A stretch of 64,000 nucleotides of DNA from an uncultured Alphaproteobacteria bacterium (GTDB taxonomy: Bacteria; Pseudomonadota; Alphaproteobacteria; Rs-D84), in the NCBI GenBank assembly GCA_944389385.1, contig CALXMC010000004.1:8254-72253 (forward strand), read 5' to 3'. Made by a program: the position numbers and the translations under genes. Shown here piece by piece: positions 20,693-29,500 of this stretch; the first letter of the stretch is position 1; every line of letters begins with the position of its first letter. Under the pieces are notes generated by a model. That model did not search any database. It was not told the origin of the DNA and was given only the letters and a program-made list of their open reading frames with translations.

Positions 20693-21799
20693 TTATCGTT
20701 TTTCTGGCAAACTATATTTGCGGCCTTTGTTTTGACCGGTGGCAACCAAGAAACCTTTGTTAACCAATGCGACAAATAGTTGGCGTACGCGCTGTGGCGA
20801 CTTGCCCGTTATAGAAATTGCATCCGCAGCAGTAACATAACCCAGCGTGCATAACTTTTCAGCCATAGCGATAAAGAACGTCCGTTCTGTTTTGTTCAGG
20901 TCGTCTATATTCAAATCGCTACATTTATCGCTAGTTATATCGCTAGTTTTTATTTCAGGATTAGCGATATTTATAACCATGTCGTCACCTTTCAGCGAAT
21001 TGTTTTCGCCCAGCAACAGATTTCCAAAGAACAAGTTCAGGTATTTATAGGTCCGTTTGATACCGCGCGGTATATTTTCATAGTTGGCACGAACCAAGGC
21101 ATTGCGAAAATATTCTGCATAATCCTTGAATAATTCGTTATCAGCAGCAAAGCCTTTATTGTGCAGATACTTGATTGCAAATACGGCGATTGTGCGCGTA
21201 TTGCCTTCGCGAAATGGATGAATTTGCCACAGGCCAGACACGAATTGCGCGATATGTTCAACTTGCGCACGTGTGTTAAGCGTACTGTAATCAAAACGTT
21301 CTTCGCGGTCAAAGTCGTATTCCAGCGTTGGCATAATGTCCATATGGCTGGCATAGTGCACAGTATCCCCCATCAGCACGTTTTCTGCCTTGATAATATC
21401 CTTGGTACGAAGATTCCCAACCCAGTGTTCAGGCAATGCCGCATTAAACAAATACTTGTGAATAGACAGCAAAGTAGTCGGCGCAAAGGTAAAAGACGAA
21501 TTGCTTAACAGTTCTGCAATACGGTTGGAAACGGTGTCGGCCTCCCAGTATTCAATACCCAGTTCGTCACCCTCTGGGGTGCGGTAATACTGGCGCAGCG
21601 ACTGATGAACTTCGTCATGACTCAGCTTGCCTTCGATATTATCACGCGCCACCTGGTACAGATAACGCGATGGTGTCAACCCATCAACCTGTTGCAGGCC
21701 AATGGCGATATCCCAATTACGTGCCTTTTCTTGTTTAGATGGCTCTTGGGCTGTTTTGTATTCGCTGATAAAATCTGAAAACTTTGCCATATCTTTCAT
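20693..21799 (-). CDS. Fic/Doc-family protein (AMPylator-like) with C-terminal winged-helix domain
   Basis: Fic motif HPFREGNTRT (HPFx[DE]GNxR). 368 aa. C-terminal wHTH-like segment (LVALVNKGFLVATGQNKGRKYSL). Confidence 0.75.
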   Translation of the reverse strand: MKDMAKFSDFISEYKTAQEPSKQEKARNWDIAIGLQQVDGLTPSRYLYQVARDNIEGKLSHDEVHQSLRQYYRTPEGDELGIEYWEADTVSNRIAELLSNSSFTFAPTTLLSIHKYLFNAALPEHWVGNLRTKDIIKAENVLMGDTVHYASHMDIMPTLEYDFDREERFDYSTLNTRAQVEHIAQFVSGLWQIHPFREGNTRTIAVFAIKYLHNKGFAADNELFKDYAEYFRNALVRANYENIPRGIKRTYKYLNLFFGNLLLGENNSLKGDDMVINIANPEIKTSDITSDKCSDLNIDDLNKTERTFFIAMAEKLCTLGYVTAADAISITGKSPQRVRQLFVALVNKGFLVATGQNKGRKYSLPEKR

Positions 21800-21877
21800 G
21801 CCTTACACTATTGATTATATCCAAGAAATACAAAAATTCCAGTTATTTAATGGGTCCTGTGACGGGCGTTTCATATA

Positions 21878-21911
21878 CGGGTAACGGCGACCCCGCCACC
21901 TTGCTACACAC
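21878..21911 (+). repeat. ~34-bp imperfect direct repeat flanking the Fic gene (copy B)
   Basis: See copy A. The two copies bracket 20693..21799. Confidence 0.6.
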
Positions 21912-21962
21912 TGATAAAAAAACAAGACCGCATGCCGCACTGTCTAATTTCATAAATCAGAA

Positions 21963-21996
21963 TTGATTTCATGTTGATTTCAATATTGATTTCATA
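21963..21996 (+). promoter_or_regulatory. Three tandem TTGATTTCA repeats at ~12-bp spacing in the divergent Fic/Nudix intergenic region
   Basis: ATTGATTTCATGTTGATTTCAATATTGATTTCATAGG. Followed by (AGT)5 microsatellite and a purine-rich tract. Confidence 0.4.
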
Positions 21997-22277
21997 GGTA
22001 AGGAAAGTAGTAGTAGTAGTAAAGAAAAGCAAAAGATAATAAAAATAAAAGATAAAGAAAAGGTAGTGAAAGAAGAAATGCACAAAAAATTGTTGAAAAC
22101 TTACGTAAAACTGTTGATATGTTGTTAGTTATGTCTAAATCATAAAATATCGCAAAATTTAACCTTAAATGTATCGTGGTGTATCTCTATGTATAAACGC
22201 TAAAATCCGCAGAAAATAAGGACTTTACAAACCCAAAAAAACAGTGCAAGATGGTGTTGTAAAGGAAAGGATTCAGT

Positions 22278-22664
22278 GTGAAAGTAACAGCTGCGATTTT
22301 TAGAAATGAGGACCGGGTTCTGCTTATGCGACGGGCGGCTGATCAGCCGTTGGCGGGCGAATGGGAATACCCCGGTGGCAAGTTTGAAGATGGCGAAGAC
22401 GGCCCAACATGCCTGCGCCGGGAACTGGCCGAAGAGTTGGGAATCGATGCGCAAATTGGCGACCTGATTACCATCGCAAAACATACAACAGATTCTGGCA
22501 AGGTTATCGAACTGCACACATACGAAATCAAATCCTTCACCGGCGAAATTCAACTGCGCGTCCACGATGATATGCATTGGGTGCCAGTCCAGGACTTGCC
22601 ATTCCACCCACAACTCCCCGCCGACCAAATCGTATCTAAAACATTACAAGCCAAAGGAAAGTAA
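22278..22664 (+). CDS. Nudix hydrolase (MutT-like)
   Basis: Nudix box GGKFEDGEDGPTCLRRELAEELGI (Gx5Ex7REUxEExGU). 128 aa. Stop 1 nt before next start. Confidence 0.8.
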   Translation: MKVTAAIFRNEDRVLLMRRAADQPLAGEWEYPGGKFEDGEDGPTCLRRELAEELGIDAQIGDLITIAKHTTDSGKVIELHTYEIKSFTGEIQLRVHDDMHWVPVQDLPFHPQLPADQIVSKTLQAKGK

Positions 22665-22665
22665 A

Positions 22666-24642
22666 ATGAGCGACGCTTTCTACAAAAACAGTATTCATAA
22701 CTTTTTGCGCCAAAGCGATGATGAAATCTTTGGTATTATCGCCGCAGGTGACAGATACGACACGGTTGCCGCACAAAAAGACGCCTGGATGGAACAAATT
22801 CGCGTGTTGAAATATGCGCTGGCATACGCGCCATCTGGCAGCATCCTGTTTGAATACACACTGCCACGTGTGGGCGGTCGCATAGATAACATCTTGCTGA
22901 TAAACAATACTGTTTTTGTTTTAGAGTTCAAGGTCGGCGCAGAAACATATGCCAGTGATGCAATCCGCCAGGTTCGCACATACGCATTTGATTTGCAAAA
23001 CTATCATGAAGAAAGTCGTCAGTGTAAAATCGTTCCTATCTTGGTGGCAACAGGTGTACCGGATGACTACCGCAAACACGATATGCCAGAAGATGTAATC
23101 CTGACTGACGGTGATGAATTGCGTAATATATTCATTCGCAACACAGATACTTCGTGCACAACAATCAATATGGACAAATGGGCAACTTCCAGATATGTCC
23201 CAACCCCAACGATTATCGAAGCCGCGGAAATTTTATACAGCAATCACTCTGTTGCGGATATTGCGCAAAATACGGCGGCTGAAAACCTGACCAAAACATC
23301 AGACGCAGTTCAGCGTATAATTGAACATTCAAAGCAGAATAAACAAAAATCTATTTGCTTTATCACCGGTGTGCCTGGCGCGGGTAAAACCTTGGCGGGT
23401 CTGAATATCGCAATTGAAAATCAGAAAACAACAGGGCAAAGTTATTCGTGTTTCTTAACGGGTAATCAGCCACTGGTATCCGTTTTACGCGAAGCGTTGG
23501 CCGCAGACGATCATCGGCAAAACGGTACGCAAATCACAGAAGCCCGCAATAAAGTAAAATCCTTTATCCAGATAATCCACCATTTTCGTGACGCGTCATT
23601 GGAAAATGTGGATGTGCCACCAATCGACAATGTTGTTATATTTGATGAGGCGCAACGCGCATGGGTTCAATCAATGCTATCTGGTTTTATGCAAGAGAAG
23701 AAGGTTGCTGTTCTTAATCGACTGACCAACGAACAGCGGGCACATTTCTTGTCTATGAGTGAACCAGAAATGTTAATTGACTATATGAACCGACACCAAG
23801 ATTGGGCCGTAATCGTCTGTCTTGTTGGCGGTGGTCAGGACATTAACACTGGTGAAGCTGGTATCCAGGAATGGTTCGCGTCATTAAAACGTTCTTTCCC
23901 AGATTGGAATGTTTACGTGTCTGGCGACATAACATCCAATGAATACCTGGGCGATCAATCGTTTACAGAACTGACCGATGGATTGAAATGCGAAACGATT
24001 AAAGAACTGCACCTGTCCGTATCATTGCGTGCACACAGAACATCCGATGTTGCGGGTTTTGTGGATTCTTTGCTGGATAACGATGCCGCAGCCGCCGCAG
24101 AAAAATATAAGCACCTGTCCGGAATTTACCCGATTTATATGACCCGCGACTTGGCGCGCGCCAAACAATGGGTGCGCGAACAGACCGCCGGCAAGGCATT
24201 GCGTCATGGTCTGATTGCCAGTTCAAATGGTCGCAGATTGCGTGCAGATGGTATTTGGATAGAAAGTAAGTGCAAGCCGGAAAAGTGGTTCCTGGGTGAA
24301 CGTGATGATATCAAGTCTTCATACTTTATGGAAGAAGCGGCCAGTGAATTTGATATCCAGGGCCTGGAAATAGATTATGCGGTTGTTGGCTGGGATGCAG
24401 ACTATAGATATGTAAACGGTGAATTCGAATGTTTTAAACCAAGTGGTTCGCGCTGGTTAACAATAAATCAAGAATACAAGAAACGTTATCTGAAAAACGC
24501 ATATCGCGTTTTACTGACACGTGCCCGTGAAGGTTTTGTAATATTCGTCCCACGCGGCGACGCGTCCGACACCACCCGTCAACCAGAATTCTACGACGCC
24601 CTATGGCAATACCTAACCGATATTGGGGTGGAGGAGTTATAA
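22666..24642 (+). CDS. DUF2075-family protein: N-terminal nuclease-like region plus P-loop ATPase/helicase-like domain
   Basis: Start set at ATG 22666 (RBS GGAAAG). Walker A FITGVPGAGKTLAG mid-protein. Walker B-like VVIFDEAQRAW. Overall order matches DUF2075 as I recall it. Confidence 0.6.
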   Translation: MSDAFYKNSIHNFLRQSDDEIFGIIAAGDRYDTVAAQKDAWMEQIRVLKYALAYAPSGSILFEYTLPRVGGRIDNILLINNTVFVLEFKVGAETYASDAIRQVRTYAFDLQNYHEESRQCKIVPILVATGVPDDYRKHDMPEDVILTDGDELRNIFIRNTDTSCTTINMDKWATSRYVPTPTIIEAAEILYSNHSVADIAQNTAAENLTKTSDAVQRIIEHSKQNKQKSICFITGVPGAGKTLAGLNIAIENQKTTGQSYSCFLTGNQPLVSVLREALAADDHRQNGTQITEARNKVKSFIQIIHHFRDASLENVDVPPIDNVVIFDEAQRAWVQSMLSGFMQEKKVAVLNRLTNEQRAHFLSMSEPEMLIDYMNRHQDWAVIVCLVGGGQDINTGEAGIQEWFASLKRSFPDWNVYVSGDITSNEYLGDQSFTELTDGLKCETIKELHLSVSLRAHRTSDVAGFVDSLLDNDAAAAAEKYKHLSGIYPIYMTRDLARAKQWVREQTAGKALRHGLIASSNGRRLRADGIWIESKCKPEKWFLGERDDIKSSYFMEEAASEFDIQGLEIDYAVVGWDADYRYVNGEFECFKPSGSRWLTINQEYKKRYLKNAYRVLLTRAREGFVIFVPRGDASDTTRQPEFYDALWQYLTDIGVEEL

Positions 24643-24646
24643 CCAT

Positions 24647-25480
24647 ATGATTAAAGAATATCCATTGCCACATCCGTTAAAGAATGATGACGTAGACACC
24701 TTAATGAAAAAAATAAGGATGATGGTTCGCACCATGGAATCATTTCACCCTCAGGCTACAAAAGACAAGGCTCTTATGGGGCTACATAGTTTGGTGGGGG
24801 CTATTATTTCTCTGTCGGCAGAGGTTTATGATGCTTTGCAAAATAACAGAGTTTTTGTGGCCAGTTCCATTACGTGCCAAATTTTAGAAGCTGAAATACA
24901 ACTGCTATGGTTAAACAAGCATTTTAATACCAGGGGTAAAGATTTTATAGATTTTGGATATGTTGAACAAATAGAAATGTTATGTGTACACCCAGATCGT
25001 AAAGATAGGGTTTTAGAATTACTGAAGCAAAATAATTGCGACAGATTCTTACGTAAAGGCCTTAAGAATCCAAATAGACTAGATCGTAACAGTTACAACA
25101 AAAAGTGGTATGGTGATACGATACAAAACATATCAGAAGATTATTTCAATCCTGTTTTGGAATCGATTCAAGACACACCAGAGTTGGTTGCATATTATGA
25201 AAACAAAGATATAAACTACGAAAATTATCAACTGTTTTGTGGCTACAAACACTTTTCACCATATTTAGTAAGAAGATTTTTCGCAACAAGTCAATCTTTT
25301 CAAGAAGATGAAAGCAAATATGCTAGGGTGGCGGTTTTGCAAACTGTTTTGAATTCATTACTAAATGTCTGTTTCGTTCTTGAACAACATGGCGATCCAA
25401 TATTGCATATCAAGCCACTCGCAACAGAAGGGTTGGCGCCCGCATCCGCCAAACAAAAAATACAGGAAGAACGCAATTAA
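24647..25480 (+). CDS. Hypothetical protein (operon member)
   Basis: 277-aa ORF starting 4 nt after the DUF2075 stop with RBS GGAGGAG. No recognised motif. Confidence 0.45.
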   Translation: MIKEYPLPHPLKNDDVDTLMKKIRMMVRTMESFHPQATKDKALMGLHSLVGAIISLSAEVYDALQNNRVFVASSITCQILEAEIQLLWLNKHFNTRGKDFIDFGYVEQIEMLCVHPDRKDRVLELLKQNNCDRFLRKGLKNPNRLDRNSYNKKWYGDTIQNISEDYFNPVLESIQDTPELVAYYENKDINYENYQLFCGYKHFSPYLVRRFFATSQSFQEDESKYARVAVLQTVLNSLLNVCFVLEQHGDPILHIKPLATEGLAPASAKQKIQEERN

Positions 25481-25548
25481 CATATTGTTCCCTTGACTTT
25501 ATGGTTTGTTTTGGTCTAACTTTCTTACTGAGGAAAGGTTCAAGAACA

Positions 25549-26529
25549 ATGGAATATGAAATTGATATCAGAGAAAATATGATATTGAGAAAGTGGCCAG
25601 TTTTACTGGATATTCTGTTGTATGATCATACGACAAAAAAAAATATTTTCTGGGCTACAGATTTATATGAAAACCATTATGGTAATAGATACTCATTTAG
25701 GTCTCAAATAAAACCGGAACTTATTACTGGTATAAACGATGGCATAATCAAACCTCGTGTAGCGAAGACTAAGAAAGCACAGCAAGATCGCGTTAAGGAT
25801 AAAGCAGAGGTTTTTACGCCCTCCTGGATATGTAACAAACAAAATAATTTGATAGATAATGATTGGTTTGGTTATGAAGGGGTTTTCAACAAAGAAAAAG
25901 ATGACAACACCTGGATCCCCACTAAGAAGCCTGTTGTGTTTCCAGAGGGGAAAAACTGGGTTGATTATGTTCGTGAATTGCGGTTAGAGGTTGCGTGTGG
26001 TGAGGCACCGTATTTAGTAAGTCGATACGATATTACAACTGGAAAAAAGATAAAAATACCTAATAGAATTGGTTTGCTGGATCGGAAACTCCGCATTATA
26101 AATGAAAATGCAGCCAGTGATAGCGAATGGTTTGCGATGGCAAAATGGGCATTCAAAAGCACATATGGTTATGAATGGCAGGGGGATAATTTATTGCTGG
26201 CTCGAGAAAACTTGTTGTTCACGTTTATTGAGTACTATCAGGATAGATTTGACGAAGAACCGGGATTAGAAATTTTAATGGAGATCGCAGAAATTATTTC
26301 TTGGAATATATGGCAAATGGATGGAATTCGTGGTGTTTTACCGTGTTCTTGCTGTAATTCAAAACATATAGACTTATTCGGTGAAAAAACTAGGGGGGGG
26401 TGTCTTGGTTGTAAAACCGGCGATATTCATAGTCATAACGGTATATATTGCAAGATTCGTGATTGGAATAGCAAAACAAAACGTCCAAAAACATTAACTT
26501 TTGTATCATTGTTAAAGGATATAAAATGA
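25549..26529 (+). CDS. Methyltransferase-like protein with degenerate gamma-class motifs X and I, no NPPY, and a C-terminal Cys cluster
   Basis: EVFTPSWICNKQNNLI resembles motif X of N6-adenine MTases and is near-identical in pattern to EVPTPINVCDNIINLI in the next gene. LEVACGEAPYLV resembles motif I (DPACGxGxFL). No NPPY. C-terminal CSCCN...CLGCK...C cluster. Confidence 0.45.
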   Translation: MEYEIDIRENMILRKWPVLLDILLYDHTTKKNIFWATDLYENHYGNRYSFRSQIKPELITGINDGIIKPRVAKTKKAQQDRVKDKAEVFTPSWICNKQNNLIDNDWFGYEGVFNKEKDDNTWIPTKKPVVFPEGKNWVDYVRELRLEVACGEAPYLVSRYDITTGKKIKIPNRIGLLDRKLRIINENAASDSEWFAMAKWAFKSTYGYEWQGDNLLLARENLLFTFIEYYQDRFDEEPGLEILMEIAEIISWNIWQMDGIRGVLPCSCCNSKHIDLFGEKTRGGCLGCKTGDIHSHNGIYCKIRDWNSKTKRPKTLTFVSLLKDIK

Positions 26530-29500
26530 AAGATTTAAATCTTGATGAAGTTATAGTAGGTAGAGTAGAACCACATATATACGCCTTTACAACGAATACC
26601 ATACCGAACTATTTAAAGGTTGGAGATACATATCGTACTGTCAAAAGTAGATTGGAGGAATGGAAAAAATATTTTCCGAACCTAAAAGCAGAGTTTGATG
26701 GAAGTGCAAAAATATCTGATGGAGTTTTTGTTAGAGATTATTCTGTGCATCAATATTTGGAAGGCGGTATACATAGAGATAGGTTAACGCCAGAGATTTT
26801 AAAGCAAATTTCGCCAGCAGCTTATTTTTCTAAAGAATTTTTTAAAAATGCCACTGCACAAGATGTTAGTGATGCGTTGACTGATATTCGGGAATCGTTT
26901 GCTAATAACGATAACAGGTATAGTTTTTATAATTTAGATCGTATGCCTGTAGTTCACCAGTATGCCTCAACAGGATTCTGGAAGCCTCGTCCAAATCAAC
27001 AAGATACGATAGATAAAATTAAGGAGGCTGTTGAGAAAGGTAGAACCAATTTGCTAATGTATGCAGTAATGCGCTTTGGAAAATCTTTTACAGCCCTATG
27101 TTGCGCAAAGGAAATAAACGCTGAAATCGTATTGGTTGTTTCTGCAAAAGCTGATGTTAAGGAAGAATGGCGTAAAAATGTTCAAAGTGCAGATAATTTC
27201 AGAGACGATTATATTTTTGCAGATGCAAAACAATTGCGAGATGAGGAAGGTTTAATCAAAAACACGCTGGATAATAAAAAAAAGGTGGTTTTGTTTTTGA
27301 CTTTGCAAGATTTGCAAGGAACAGATATTAAAGAAAAACACAAAGAAGTTTTTGATAACAAAATAGATCTGTTAATTGTTGACGAAACTCATTACGGGGC
27401 TAGGGCCGAAAAATATGGTGCTGTTTTGCGTCAAACAAAGGATATAAAGCAAGACTATTCAACAGAAGGTTTTGTAGATATAGAAGAGGCTGATAAACAG
27501 ATAAAGACCCTTAAGGCCAAGATAACGCTACACCTATCAGGAACACCGTATCGCATATTGATGGGCAGCGAATTTACCAAAGATGACATAATTGCTTTTT
27601 ATCAGTTTACAGACATTGTAAAGGCGCAGGAGAATTGGGATAAAGAAAACCTATTAAAGGACGAAGCAGAACCAGAATGGGACAACCCTTATTTTGGTTT
27701 TCCGCAAATGATACGATTTGCGTTTCACCCAAGTACAGTCGCTAAAGCAAAGCTAGACGAGTTAAGGAAGAATGGTGTTAGTTATGCATTTTCTGAGTTG
27801 TTTAAACCAAAATCGATCTATCGTGCAGGTGACGAAAGTCATAAAATGTTTGTCCATGAGTCCGAGATTTTAGATTTGTTCACAGTGATAGATGGCAGTA
27901 AGAACGATAAAAATGTTCTTGGTTTTCTTAATCATGACAAAATCCAATCAGGAAATATGTGTCGCCACATAGTTTGTGTGTTGCCATATTGTGCTTCTTG
28001 TGATGCGCTGGAAAAACTTATACAAGACAATGCAGATAAATTTAAAAACTTGCGGGACTACGAAGTAATAAATATCTCAGGTGTTGATGCTGCTAGAACC
28101 TATAGAGATGTTAATGCTGTGAAGAGAAAGATTAAGGAATGCGAAGCCGATAACAAGAAAACTTTAACTTTGACAGTGAATCGTATGCTTACGGGTAGCA
28201 CGGTTGAAGAATGGGATACAATGATTTTTTTGAAGGATACCGCATCCCCACAAGATTATGACCAGGCTGTTTTTCGTCTGCAAAATCAATATGTTAGAAA
28301 ATATGTTGATCCTAAAACAGGGCAGGAAATCAAATATAACATGAAACCGCAAACATTATTGGTCGATTTCGATCCAAATCGTATGTTTATGATGCAGGAA
28401 TCTAAATCACAGATATATAATGTAAATACGGAAGTAAACGGAAATTCTAAATTACAAGACAGAATCCAAGAAGAATTGCGTATTTCGCCGATTATAACCA
28501 TAAATCAAGACAAAATAAGTCAGGTTGATGCGTCGGATATTATTGATGCAGTTAGCGAATATTCGAGTAAACGCGGTGTCTGGGACGAATCAAAAAGCAT
28601 TCCTGTAGATTTTGAATTATTAAAAGATCAACAGATATTTGATGTAATAAATAGTCAGGGGGAAATTGGATCTAACCAGGGATTGAAGGTCGAAGGAAAT
28701 GTCGGTGATGATGTTGATATTGATGTGCCACCGGTAGAACTTCCGGAACCTCCTGTTGAGCCAAAAGATCCGGCGCCAGTGGTTGCTGTTGAAAAAGACG
28801 ATATGAAAAGTTTGGAAAATAAATTCAAAACTTATTATTCCAGAATATTATTTTTCGCCTTTTTAACAAACAATAAAGTTACATCATTGGATGATGTATT
28901 AAATTGCATCACAAAAGAAGATAATGTGCGTATAGCAAAGAATTTAGGTTTAAAATATCAGATATTGGTTAGCATAAGAAATAAAATCAACAGTTATATT
29001 TTGCAACAGCTGGATTACAAAATATATGATATCAGTAAATTGGCACACGATACAGAGGTTGAGCCTATAAATCGTGCGGAAACGGCATTGATAAAGTTTG
29101 GGCGTTTTTCAGAATCCGAAGTCCCAACGCCAATCAATGTTTGTGACAATATAATAAATTTAATACCAGATGACGCATTTCTGTCACTCAAGAAACAGAA
29201 TAATGCAATGTTGGATATAGCAAGCAAGGCCGGTGAATTTGCGATCGCTATTTGTAAAAGATGTGAAAAGATAGGCATCGATATAGAATCAATAAAAGAT
29301 TCCGTGCTGGCTATACCCACATCATCGGTTGCGTATGAATTTACGCGCAAAGTTTATGAATTTCTTGGTTTGAATATCAATGCGATAGCAGCAGAATTTA
29401 ATAGTTATGATTTGTTGGATGTTAAGATGTTGGACAGACGTGGCAGACCAACAAAGAACATAGATTATGCACGTGTTGCTGCTATATTAAAACAAACTAA

